DNA of 64,000 bases from Negaprion brevirostris. Its lineage: Eukaryota. Location of the stretch: assembly GCA_030324005.1 (NCBI GenBank), contig JARDVH010000163.1, positions 28,881,134 to 28,945,133 on the forward strand, written 5' to 3'. Positions 50,900-63,020 of this stretch are shown piece after piece. Both the position numbers and the translations under genes were made by a program. Below the pieces are notes generated by a model. The model searched no databases, was not told the DNA's origin, and saw only the letters and a list, made by a program, of their open reading frames with translations. Every line of letters begins with the position of its first letter. The stretch's first letter is position 1.

Positions 50900-51390
50900 A
50901 AGGACAATGCGGAGGATTGGGTCCTCAAACGGTCAGGAGAATGACTTTTTGCCAGTTGTTCCCTTCTATCCTGTTTGCCTGGAAGAAATATTTCATTCTT
51001 TTGACATCATGGAGCCAATCTTCCACATACACATCATAGGTTTCTAGTTGCCCAAAGAGGAACCTTTTCAATTTCTCCCTGTCACTGTTTTACCAAATTT
51101 ATTGAAAGACAACGCTATGTGAAACTTTTCTTGTTCCTTGTTGCCAATGTAATGATTCAGAAAGCCCAACTGGAAATAAACATACTTTACTACAGAATGC
51201 AAAGTACACACGCCAGTCCCAGCCTGGGATTACAGTTCTGCAGGCCCAGTCCTGAGCCTGCCTAATAAAAAACTCAGGTAATGAGTTCTAGCTGGGCAGG
51301 ACACTGCCTGTTACCAGGGGAACTCATGCTCAACAAGCCGCATAGGAAGATCAATCAGTGATTCCCCATGGGCCTATGGGAGTTATCACA
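50900..51390 (-). mobile_element. Ty3/Gypsy 5' end: LTR, PBS and gag N-terminus
   Basis: LTR 51390-51148 (TG..CA), then PBS-like ttggcaacaagga, then FGQLETYDVYVEDWLHDVKRMKYFFQANRIEGNNWQKVILLTV. Confidence 0.75.
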
Positions 51391-52752
51391 AACACCCTCC
51401 AAAATTTATATTACTTCTCTTCAATCTTCTAGCTATTCTCAAAGGTATAAGATTTTGTAGGGGTCCTATCAATAGCTTTCGGTGAAGCAATCATTCAATT
51501 TCTTTACAGACTTCATGACTCTGGGTTCCATATTTAAAACACTGCCCTCCCTGTGATTCCTGTATGTGGCTTAAAGCATCAGAAAACACCACTGTTTACT
51601 AATAGCCCATTGATATGGTTTCATACTGCAACCAAGTGGATTATTTCCAGAACTCCACTGTAATAAGATAGACTGCCTTTTATTGAGTGGATTACTGTAG
51701 ATTTCTTCCTTTACCTTCCATTTAAATAAATCTTCCATTCATTTTTCCCCTTACCAAGTTTGGTTTTATACTAAATACCAGCTCCCAAAAGCATTCTGTG
51801 TCATGGACAATGGATCTAGCATTTACTCAACTTCCAGGGAGCTACAAGCTACATAAGACCCGAAGCTGACAAATCTCTTAGCTACTTTTCCAATATCAAT
51901 TCATATTGCTTGCTGACTAAGCCCAATTCACAAAGATAAGCTCAAAACAAAGAATTTCTCTCAGCTCCACCCATCTCCACAACAATGTGACACACTCAGG
52001 TAGAAATACAAATTAATTATCTTTTAATTCCAAAGCTTTCCTTAATTCTGGGAAATCACATGAATAACTTATCTCTTACTGCAACAACTGTGAGTGCCAT
52101 GTCTCCAATTCTTTAGCTAAGCAAGACCATCACCTTTATACNNNNNNNNNNNNNNNNNNNNNNNNNNNNNNNNNNNNNNNNNNNNNNNNNNNNNNNNNNN
52201 NNNNNNNNNNNNNNNNNNNNNNNNNNNNNNNNNNNNNNNNNNNNNNNNNNNNNNNNNNNNNNNNNNNNNNNNNNNNNNNNNNNNNNNNNNNNNNNNNNNN
52301 NNNNNNNNNNNNNNNNNNNNNNNNNNNNNNNNNNNNNNNNNNNNGATAGGGAACAATCAAAAGACAACATTGTGCCATGGAGACTTATGAGAAATGTTGG
52401 TATTGTTCAGCTCTTTTCTTCCCTTTTCCTCCTCTTCTGAAGTCCCCTCATTCTAGTCACTGTTGCTTATATCGCCTGTACATAATATATCATTCACCAC
52501 AGGGCCTATCACAAACAAACCTTTGATCCTGATGCTATCTTCACCTAATGCATATTTGGAAGTGATGATTAGAAATCCTAGCCAGTGTTGTTAACACAAT
52601 CCCAATTGCACACCCACAGCTGGCTGCCTACCTCACCACAAAACAATGGAATGGAATCCTTAATTTCTCTATTTACGCCATTGAACCAATAGAGAAACTC
52701 CTGATCGCATAAGGCTGATGTTTACTAATATTTTACTTTTTTGCAAAGGAAA

Positions 52753-52939
52753 CTGTAAGTAGTCTCACAACACCAGGTTAAAGTCCAACAGGTTTATTTG
52801 GTAAAGTCAAATTTGTTGCCCTGAAGGGGCAACACTCTGAAAACTCGTGCTACCAAATAAACCTGCTGGACTTTAACCTGATGTTGTGAGAATACTTACT
52901 GTGCCTATCCCAGTCCAACACCGGCATCTCCACATCACG
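52753..52939 (+). mobile_element. Penelope-derived mini fold-back element
   Basis: 49-bp inverted arms (52755-52803 and 52851-52899, 3 mismatches); 10-bp TSD gcaaaggaaa. Confidence 0.8.
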
Positions 52940-53591
52940 GCAAAGGAAATTGCTTCAATTAGTTAATAAATGTCAATAGTTTTGCATATGTTGCTAACTC
53001 TATTAACATTCAATAAATATTTTAATTGATTTAAACCATATTCTCCACAAAGGATTAATATTGTGATTGGATATAGGTTAAGACATTTATTATAGATTTT
53101 TAAAACATATCTCATTGTGATGTATCTGTGTGATATTAAGGATATGCTCATTTTCAGCTTTCACTTACCCAGCTTAAAGCCAGCAAGTAAACCTACCTAG
53201 GCAATACATCAAGGTTGTACTGTACCTTGCAATGATATTTCCATGGCTTCTTCCCAGAATTAATCACTTGAATTCTGGATCTGACTTTAACTGTGCAAAA
53301 ATTGGTACATTTTGAGTTAAAATCTGATCCTCTGTTTTCTATCCTGTGCAACAGTGTCAGAGGTGTCAAATCAAAATAGACATAGAAAATATTATTCAAG
53401 ATGTGATGGCCTATGTGCCTGGAAGAACCTGTATTTTCTTTTGTGTGATGTCTCTTTAAGACCAAAGTGGACTGGGCCAGTATTCTGAAAGAAAGTTAAT
53501 TATTTCCTAATTATGGTATCATTAGCTTCCCAGAAATGTCCATGTGACCTAAGGTTGCCATTGAGATGAACAGCCAAAAAGCAAAAGGCAA

Positions 53592-54050
53592 ATAGAATTC
53601 ATAGAATCTCTGCAGTGCAGAAGGAGGCCATTTGGCCCATCAAGTCTGCACCCACCCTCTGAAAGAGCATTCANNNNNNNNNNNNNNNNNNNNNNNNNNN
53701 NNNNNNNNNNNNNNNNNNNNNNNNNNNNNNNNNNNNNNNNNNNNNNNNNNNNNNNNNNNNNNNNNNNNNNNNNGAGGCCATTTGGCCCATCAAGTCTGCA
53801 CCCACCCTCTGAAAGAGCATTCAACCTCAGCCCACTCCGCCACTCTATCCCCATAACCTCGGGCATTTACCATTAATAATGTATCTAACCTGCACATTCT
53901 TGGACTCGAAAGGATAATTTAGCATGGCCAACTCATCTAACCTGCACATCTTTGGACTGTGGAAACAAACCAGAGGAAACGCACACAGACACACTGAGAA
54001 TGTGCAAAAACCACAGACACTCATCCTATACAGTAATCGAACCCCGGTTC
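53592..54050 (-). mobile_element. HE1 SINE spanning an assembly gap
   Basis: HE1 tail and V-domain; 50 bp duplicated either side of 100 N. Confidence 0.85.
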
Positions 54051-55787
54051 CTGGTGCTTCTTCCCCATCATGTTGTTGGAGCATTCTGGGGTACTTCCAA
54101 GATTCCACAGAAACTCTGCCTTGACTGTTACCAGAATCCCTACGTCGGGCTATTCTGGGTCTAATGAACTCCAGGAGCCTTTACCCCATTCCGTTAGGAG
54201 AGAATTTTAAAAATCGTTACTCGTTTTGGGACCCAGTTTGGCTCTTCTCAAAGTAGCTATGTGCTATTTCACATTTTCAGCAGCAACATAGGGCAGGTAT
54301 TGCTGCAAGTATGGGTGCTTACCCTCAAGATTATGTGATCCTTTTATTGCTAATCCTTGTGTAGATTTTCACACCAGTTACAAATTTGAAACTGGTGCTA
54401 ATTTTATTAGCACCCATTGCTGTAGGAGAAGAAAGCACTTTAGTGTTGGCAAGCTTCTAAAAAACAACTTCATAAGTGCTAAATCAACAACATGATTAGA
54501 ATTTTAACTGCAATGAACTCAAAGCCTGAAATATGACTGTAATTTTTATTTAGCTGCCAACACCTTAATATAGTTAAAATACCATTGTATATCTTCCTTC
54601 ATATTGACAACAGCTGTACTTGCATCTGCGTTCTGTAGCAAAGTACATCTGCTCCAAGAAACCTGCATGAAATTCCTTTGGAATGCATACTTTTCCAAAC
54701 ATTAGCAACTTGGAACTGGAAACAACTGGACTCTTCCCAACAACTTGAGGACCGATTTTTCGATTTGCTTGCCAAGGAGCACCTGATTGGGGAAAATGAG
54801 CCTTTTGCTGCAATCACCCAGTGTTTTCCTGTAAAGTTCAATGACCTGCACAATTACAGCGGTGGAATGAACAGCTGCCGTTGGGGGAGAAAGGACCGGC
54901 CAAAAGCTATACCAATTTGCCTTTCCATCCCAGAGTCACAGCCAACCATCCACCCTTCCGTCACATACACAATGCTGTTCATTAACACAGCAAATGCTTC
55001 TAAATTCAACGTTATCATATGAAATTCGTGCACACTATGCATAAACCTAACTTCTAAAATGCTTGTGTTTATAAAGCACCATCAAGAGTCGTCACAGCAC
55101 TTTGTACCAATTTCCAGTGTCATCACTGTTGCTATGCAGATCAATGCAGCAGCCAATGAACACATGAGAACCAGAAGCTTGCTGTCAAAATAACAACAGG
55201 ACCAATGGTGTTCACCATGATTTAACAGTAAATGTCATAGTTATGTTAGCAGAAGACAGCTGCACAATAAAGTGTGGAAATTCTAGCTGGGATTGCTGCT
55301 CTGCTGTTCACATTACAGAAACCACACCTTGCTGTCTTGCCTCTCATTCAAACGCACTAAATCAGGTGAAGCGCCCACATTTGTACAGTGGAGATGAGTG
55401 GATTGGCCACGACTAAGTAGCCTTTTAATAACATGATGTGTTAATTTTTGCCCGTCAATTTTACTGCAAATTAACAATTTGCGAGGATTTCCTCAGGTTT
55501 TGCAATCCTTCCATCTGATTGGCAAAGTGAATAAACCCGCGCTTACTCTGTTCACTCGGGTCCTGGATGTTCAGTGGAGGGCACCCACTCTTTCCATTCT
55601 GCATGTGACTTGTCATCCAAAATATTGTGCCAGTTGAATGGGCAGTGGAGGCAGGCTAGGGCTTCAGATGGTAGCAGACCCGCTTCTGGCTGCAACTTTA
55701 AATTCAAGCCCCACTCCAGGACCTGTTAGGCGTGGAAGGGGAGTTCAAGATGTGGTTCAGCAGGTTGATCGTCAGCCAGATAATCTT

Positions 55788-58700
55788 TGTGCAATGACCC
55801 AGGGAGCCTGACAGGAAAGGAACATAGTTTATTACAGAATGCAAAGTAAAACCATCTGGGCTCCCCACAAGATGAGATCACCTTCTATACTCAACTCCTG
55901 ATATTTAGAGAGATAAGGTTTCAAATCCTCCCTAGGATGCCCTTGTGGTCCACCACTTAGGATGACATGACATAGTTTTGCCAACAGAGGGTCCTTTTGG
56001 GTCCATGTCTGGATTTATTTGATGGATACTGGCAGAGCGTCCATGAAGTTTAGAGTCACGATGACTTCAAGCTGATGGATAATGGTAGGTGGCTCTAGAC
56101 ATCTGTGTTGGCTATATGTCTCCCTCGACGATATTTTAAGGTATATTCGTACACGCCTAATAACAGTGCCGAGTATTGGATTCGGGCTGATGTGATGGGA
56201 GGAATCATCTTGCTTTCCTTGAAGAGGATCAACAGAAATGTTTGTGATTGGCCACTATGGTAAAAGGCTGACCGTCGATGTACTGGTGGAGCTTTTACAC
56301 TGCAAATACCACGGCCAAACCTTCTTTCCTGATCTGCATCCAGCAAGGTTTGTAATGCGTATGCGATTGGATATCCAGTTCCATCATCCCAATGGTGCGA
56401 TAATACCACTCTTATCTTAAGGGAAGGTGTCGCAGCTTATGATGAGTGGTCTCGGGGGTCATAATGGACTAGTATATTTGTTGGCAGCAACTGTTGTTTG
56501 ACAATTGCAAAACCTTTCTCTTGTGGCATTTGCCATGACCATTTTTGATGTTTTTGTAACAGTGCATGGAGGGTACATGGAGGAGTGCCAGAGGGTCACC
56601 AAGTTAGATATGAATTTTCCAAAGTAATTTCCAAAGACTAGGAAAGACTTCAACTCCATTGTGTTCCTTGGAGTCCCTTTTAAGGCCTTCACCTTCTTTT
56701 CAACAGGGTCATCCTTATTAACTCTGTACCCAATATACGTTACCCCATTGACCAGAAACACATATTTTTCCCTTTTTAATCAGAAAATCAGCATCAGAAA
56801 AAAGCCATAAGACCTCCACCAAACTCTCCAAACGTCCATTTGCTGTAGTTCCTGAGATTAAAGCATCGCTCAGATAGACTACTGCACTCAGCATCCCTTG
56901 AAAGATTCTCCAATTCTCTTTGAAAATGGCGCAAGCTGAACACGACAAAGGGCAAACAAGTATTCGTACAATTCTTTGTGAGTTTTTATGGTGACATACA
57001 TCCTGGATGACACCTCAAGATACACTTGGAGACAGGCATGGTTCATGTCTAATTTTGGAAAAAAAGTATGACCCCCCCAGCCAGATTCACATACAGGTCT
57101 TCTATGTGTGGCATACAGTATCTGTCTCAGTGGGAGGCTCCGTTGACTGTCAACTTACAATTCCCACAGAGACGTACCGAATTGTCAGGTTTTAAAACTG
57201 GGACTACTGGCATGGCCCGTTCAGGAAATTATACTGTGTGTATAATGCCAAGTTCCTCCAGTCATTCCAATTCGGCCTCTATTTTGGCATGTAGGGTATA
57301 GGGGACCGATCATGAAGTATTTTGCTCAGGCCTCTGGTTCCACATAGATCTTGGCCCTAGTACCTCTAATCTTCTCCAGGCTGTCTTGGAACACTTTGAG
57401 ATACTTCCAAATGACTTTGTATAAATTGCCAGTACCCATTTTAAAGACCTATTGCCAATCCATTTGCCATCCACCANNNNNNNNNNNNNNNNNNNNNNNN
57501 NNNNNNNNNNNNNNNNNNNNNNNNNNNNNNNNNNNNNNNNNNNNNNNNNNNNNNNNNNNNNNNNNNNNNNNNNNNNNNNNNNNNNNNNNNNNNNNNNNNN
57601 NNNNNNNNNNNNNNNNNNNNNNNNNNNNNNNNNNNNNNNNNNNNNNNNNNNNNNNNNNNNNNNNNNNNNNNNNNNNNNNNNNNNNNNNNNNNNNNNNNNN
57701 NNNNNNNNNNNNNNNNNNNNNNNNNNNNNNNNNNNNNNNNNNNNNNNNNNNNNNNNNNNNNNNNNNNNNNNNNNNNNNNNNNNNNNNNNNNNNNNNNGAA
57801 AGCATTCTTTCTGGGTGTGTCAAAGCTTGGTATGGCTCCTGCTCTGTCCAAGACTGCAAGAAATACAAAAGGTCATGAGTGTAGCCCAATCCATCACGCA
57901 AACCAGCCTCCCATCCATTGACTCTGTCTAAACATCCCGCTGCCTTGGCAAAGCAGCCAGCATAATTAAGGACCCCTCACCCCGGACATTCTCTCCTCCA
58001 CCTTCTTCCTTCAGGAAGAAGATACAAAAATCTGAGGTCACATACCAACTAACTTAGGAATAGCTTCTTCCCTGCTGCTGTCAGCAGGAATGGATCTATC
58101 TTGCATTAAGTTGATCTTTCTCTCCAGCCTAGCTATGATTGTAATACTACATTCTGCACTGTCTCGTTTCTTTCTCTATGATGGTATGTTTTATCTGTGT
58201 AGCGCGCAAGCAACAACACTATTCACTGTAAATACATTGACAATAATAAATCAAATCAATCCAGATGGATTTTCTGCAACCAGTCCCTTCCCAAAAGGCT
58301 GGGCCCTGCTCCTTCCACCACTAGCTGGGAGAGTGAGACCATCTGCTGCCCATGCGTAACTGAGGTTACAGTGGACCCAACTATACACAAGGGCTTCCCA
58401 ATGTATGTGGCCAATCTAGCCTTGTTATTCCGCAGGGTTAAAGGTAAGATACCCAATTGGAGTTGCCTAAAGATTTGCTCCCTAATAATAGATACAGCGG
58501 CGCTTGTGTCTACCTCAATGTCTAGGGGGTGACTACTTATTGGAGTTTTATCTTGATTGGAGTCATTTTAGATGCGGCAATGCAATTTAGCTTATCAATT
58601 CCTAATTTTTGGTCTGCTTTATTTGTAAAGCCCTGTCCTGAGGTGGCTTCGCCTTTTGGCCTGGCAGTACATGTTTTGCCTGTTTTGGTAATTTTGTCTG

Positions 58701-59225
58701 GGACAGAGCCTATGACTATAAGTTCAGGGTGGATGTGCTCATTCCTCACTGTATAGTGGAGAGACTTCCCTCTTGTTCTGCAATCTTGTCGCCTCCGACT
58801 CCAATCGCCCTTACTTGGCAGAAAATGGGACATGCGCGTGTTATCTGCTGGGGACTTGGTTCTGCGGTATGGGGGTCACCCAAGGCTGTGGACGATACCA
58901 TCTATGAACCCCTGAAGCTCCTGGGCCTCTTTTCCACGATATCATGGGAAAGGACCTGATCTAGGGCCTTTTTGAGGACCAGATTTGGTTCAATCGGTAG
59001 CGTGCTTTGAGTCACAGTATTATCATTTCCACATACTAACTGATCCCCTAACAGTTCCGGAGGTGTTGACCATACTCAATGTTCCGCCAATTTCCACAGT
59101 CTTTTCAAAAGTTCAGTGACTGGTTCCCCAGGGAGTCTAGTTGCCATGTTAAACCCATGACATTGCAATATACCAGACAGTTTAGGATCCAATACCATAT
59201 CAACCAATTCACCAAAAGAATATGT
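55788..59225 (-). mobile_element. Decayed Ty3/Gypsy retrotransposon (gag-pro-RT-RNaseH; integrase absent; 3' LTR ~55788-55972)
   Basis: gag DQLVCG; protease IEVDTSAAVS..GAGPSLLGRDWL; RT VVYLSDALISG; RNaseH YPIAYALQTL..TDV; many stops and frameshifts. Confidence 0.9.
57463..58256 (+). mobile_element. Rex1/Babar LINE inserted in the Gypsy element
   Basis: ESILSGCVKAWYGSCS..AQSITQTSLPSIDSV; (aatca)n tail; caatcca on both flanks. Confidence 0.85.
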
Positions 59226-59254
59226 TGAACTTTTTATGATACTGGAAGTCAATG

Positions 59255-59550
59255 AACAGTTAATATTTTGATGGTGTTGGTTAAGGGATAAAAATTGGCC
59301 AGAACGTTGGGAAAATTCCCTGCATTTATTTGAAATCGTGCTACGGGATGTTTTACGTCAACCTGAACAGGGGGAAGGGGGCCTCAGTTTAATATATCAG
59401 CGAAAAGACTGCAACTACTAACAATGGTGCAATCCATTGGTAAGCACTGAACTGTCAGCCTAGATTTATATGTTCAAGTCCTAGAGGGGTGGCTGAGACC
59501 ACAACCTTCTGGCTCAGAGGCAAGATTGCTATCAACCGTGTCAAACTGCC
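59255..59550 (-). mobile_element. SacSINE1-like Deu-SINE (head and Deu domain)
   Basis: Minus strand 'cttgcctctgagccagaaggttgtgg..gacttgaaca..ctaggctgacag..taaactgaggccccc..gtaaaacatccc..ctggccaatttttatccctt'. Confidence 0.75.
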
Positions 59551-60304
59551 ACTTCTCTCATCATGTTAATGCATGCAAACATTTTCACATCTGTTATATG
59601 CAGCTTGAAAGTTGCAAATAGAGTTCGGTCCTCCGAAGGTAACAGAGAAGCATCCCAGAAATGTGGATGAAGAATCGATTCTCATTAATATTTGTCTCAG
59701 CTCGAAAGTAAATTTCAATGCTGCATTGGGGCTGTAATTAATAATACAATGATAAAACATTTGCTGTTGACATCTGCTCTCCATAAGAAAGAACTTCTTG
59801 CAAATTCCATCTGTTTTTACTTACTTGATGGTATCACTGCCGGCAGTAACAGGGGGAAGTTATTAAAGCTTATGCTATACACGGAAAATGTTTTCTGTCT
59901 GTTGGGCACACAGTAATCTCCAGAATGCTCTCAAACACACGACTGCAGCCTATTGCAGATTTTAAGTGTCAATGTGCTTGCTAATCTTTATCTTGCAACA
60001 TTGTGGTTAATTTCTTACAACGTAAGTATCCACCTGATATGTCCATGGTGGATTGATCATATTTCACCTTTATGTCTAGATTAACTGTTCACAGTTAATT
60101 TTAATGAGCAACTTTAACTTTTTGAATTAAGGTACATTGTACCTTACATAGCATTATGATTAAAATCAAAACTGTATTGCCAGAGTAATCATGATTTGTT
60201 CAGTTACAGCAAACTCCATGAAACATGTAGTATTTGTGATTAATGCATTTTACCATAAGTTACCAATACAATACATATCATTCTCTCTAATCATTATTAT
60301 TTGA

Positions 60305-61680
60305 CATATCAGAAGGACAGGAAAAGGAGATGGAATTGCTCTGTTAGTAAAAGATGAAATCTATAACTAATGAGAAATGATCTTGGCTCAGAGGATCAAA
60401 ATATAGGGTGGGATTTTCCACCTTTCCCACCCCCGCAGAGGTGACCCTCCACTGGCCAGCAGTGGGATTTCTGGTCCCATCACTGTCAACAGTTACTGAA
60501 ACTGCTGGCAATTATACCATCAAGTAAGTAAAAACAGGTGGAAGTTGCAAGAAGGTCTTTCTTATGGAGAGCAGATGTCAATAGCAAATGTTTTATCCTT
60601 ATATTCCCATTGCTCATACCCTCTGCCACCAGGAAATCCGTGGCAGGGACTCACCCATAGAAACAATTTAGGTGGAGATTAGAAATAGCAAAGGAAAAAT
60701 GTCATTCTTGGGAGTGGTTTATGGGCCATTGAATGTGGCTACGCTGTAGGACAGAGTATAAATCAAGAAATAATAGAGGCATGTAAAAAAAAAACTGCAA
60801 TAATCATGGGAGATTTTAAATTTCATCTCATTAGACAAAACAAATTGTCAAAAGTAGCCTGGGGGATGAGATCTTAGAGTATATTCAGGACAATTTCTTA
60901 GAACAATACATTCTGGAACTAGCCAGGTAACAGATTATTTTAGACATAATGAAAGGTAATTAACTGACAGCGTCATAGTAAAGGATCCTCTAGGTAAGAG
61001 TAATCATAACATGATAACATTTCACATTTATTTTGAAGGTAAAAAATTACATCTGAAGCTGGCATCTTAAAATTGAATAAAGATAATTACAAGAAAATGA
61101 AGACTGAGTTGGCTAAAGTGGACTGGGAAAACGGGTGAATAGTTAAGGTGGTAGAGAAACAATGATGGACATTTAATGAGAGTTTCTTAACTCTCAATAA
61201 AGGTATATTCCTTTGGGAAAGAAAGACACTATGACATAGATACACATGTCCCTGGCTAACAAGGGAAGTTAAGGATGGAATCAAATTGAAAGAAAAGATA
61301 TAAAATGTTGCAAATATTACTGGTAGCCCAGAAGATTTGAAAAATTTTAGGAATCAACAAAGGATACCAAAAAAAGCTAATAAAGAGGAAAAAAGAGTCC
61401 AAAGAAGTGCAGGTTAGGGAATTAACGGGATAAATGTGTAGGGCAGGGGGTGGGCCTGGGTGAGATGCTCTAATGGAGAGTCAGTGCAGACTCAGTCGGT
61501 CAAACGACCTCAATCTGCACGTAGGGATTCTATGATTCTATGAAATTTGTGCGCAAAAATAGATAGTTAAAGTTTCTACAAGTACATAAAAAGGAAAAGA
61601 GTAGCTAAAATATGAACTGGTCCCTGTTAGGATGAGACTTGGGCAATGATTAATGGGAGGTAAAAAGATGACAAGGTGGA
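60305..61680 (+). mobile_element. Degenerate HER1/CR1 ORF2 endonuclease region with nested MITE and HE1 tail (~61400-61543)
   Basis: ALLVKDEI, IIMGDF, FLEQYILE, LGKSNHNMI motifs. Confidence 0.75.
60406..60656. mobile_element. Harbinger-like MITE in CR1
   Basis: gggtgggattttcc start and ..tcaccc end, ATA on both flanks; removal restores CR1 reading EDQNIETI. Confidence 0.7.
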
Positions 61681-61719
61681 ATTTTCTCTTTTTAATGCAG
61701 AGCTGTGAGGTGGAAAAGC

Positions 61720-62072
61720 CATGATGTGGATATGCCGGGGTTGGACTGGGGTAAACACAGTAAAAAGTCTGACAACATCAGGTTTAAGTCCAACCGATGT
61801 TTTTGATAGTAAATTCACTAGCTTTCGAGGTAAGCATTCTCCAAGGTGGCCTTCATGACACACGGCAGCGCAGGGTCACTGAGCAGAGACTGATAGCCGA
61901 GCTCCGCACACATGAGGACGGTCTCAAGGTTGAGGTTNNNNNNNNNNNNNNNNNNNNNNNNNNNNNNNNNNNNNNNNNNNNNNNNNNNNNNNNNNNNNNN
62001 NNNNNNNNNNNNNNNNNNNNNNNNNNNNNNNNNNNNNCAAAAACATTGGTTGGACTTAAACCTGGCATTGTC
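61720..62072. mobile_element. Penelope-like element with inverted pLTR and GIY-YIG fragment
   Basis: SILQGGLHDTRQRRVTEQRLIAELRTHEDGL; inverted arms; 12-bp TSD aggtggaaaagc. Confidence 0.8.
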
Positions 62073-62359
62073 AGGTGGAAAAGCGGCAGTGAAACCATCA
62101 CCCTAATGGCAGCTTTCTCTGCCAAATTGCTCAGGACTTATTCAAAACTCCTAAGGCAGTTGACAAACTCTAACCTTTATTAAACTATGTACAGAACAAG
62201 GTTTGTTATGAAGCTTCGCATAGAACCACCTGTCAGCATACTCTGTCATCATGAAATCTTACATCACTGATCATGTAGACTGCCTATTTACATATTTGAC
62301 ATTCACCCTATGATTCTATAATTCTAACCCTTTATACTATATTTCCCTCCAAAGCCTTT

Positions 62360-62755
62360 TTGATTTGATTTGATTTATTATTGTCACGTGTTAGCATACA
62401 GTGAAAAGTATTGTTTCGTGTTTGCTCTAATATACCATTCATAGAGAAGGAGAGAGTGCAGAATGTAGTGTTACATTCATAGTTAAGCTGTAGAGAATGA
62501 TCAACTTAATGCAAGGTAGGTCCATTCAAAAATCTGACAGCAGGAATGAAGTTGTTCTTAAATCAGTTGGTTTGTGACCTCAGACTTTTAAATCTTTTTC
62601 CTGACGGAGGACAGAATGTCCAGTTTGTGTGGGATCATTAATTATGCCGGCTGCTTCACCGAGGCAGACTGAAGTGCAGACAGAGTCAATGGATGGGAGG
62701 CTGGTTTGCATGATGGGCTTCATTCACGACCTTTTGTAGTTCCCTTTGGTTTTGG
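62360..62755 (-). mobile_element. Rex1/Babar LINE 3' end
   Basis: (gattt)n tail; reverse complement of 7570-8050. Confidence 0.85.
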
Positions 62756-62936
62756 NNNNNNNNNNNNNNNNNNNNNNNNNNNNNNNNNNNNNNNNNNNNN
62801 NNNNNNNNNNNNNNNNNNNNNNNNNNNNNNNNNNNNNNNNNNNNNNNNNNNNNNNNNNNNNNNNNNNNNNNNNNNNNNNNNNNNNNNNNNNNNNNNNNNN
62901 NNNNNNNNNNNNNNNNNNNNNNNNNNNNNNNNNNNN

Positions 62937-63020
62937 TGATCTTATTGAATGGCGGGGCAGGCTCGAAGGGCTGGATGGCCTCCTCCTGCTCCTATTTCTT
63001 ATGTTCTTATGTTATGTTCT
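62937..63020 (+). mobile_element. CR1/HER1 3' tail
   Basis: 'gaatggcggggcaggctcgaagggctggatggcctcctcctgctcctatttcttatgttcttatg'. Confidence 0.85.

Noticed and set aside
53624-53823. 50-bp perfect direct repeat within HE1
   Set aside because: Flanks an exactly 100-N gap; assembly artefact
54574-55022. Overlapping ORFs (114 aa on +, 79-84 aa on -) and an 80-nt exon-like piece at 54583-54662
   Set aside because: No recognisable domain and a weak donor; consistent with chance ORFs
55061-55220. SacSINE1-like 3' half possibly belonging to the 59255-59550 copy
   Set aside because: Highly degenerate with unrelated sequence between; cannot show it is the same insertion
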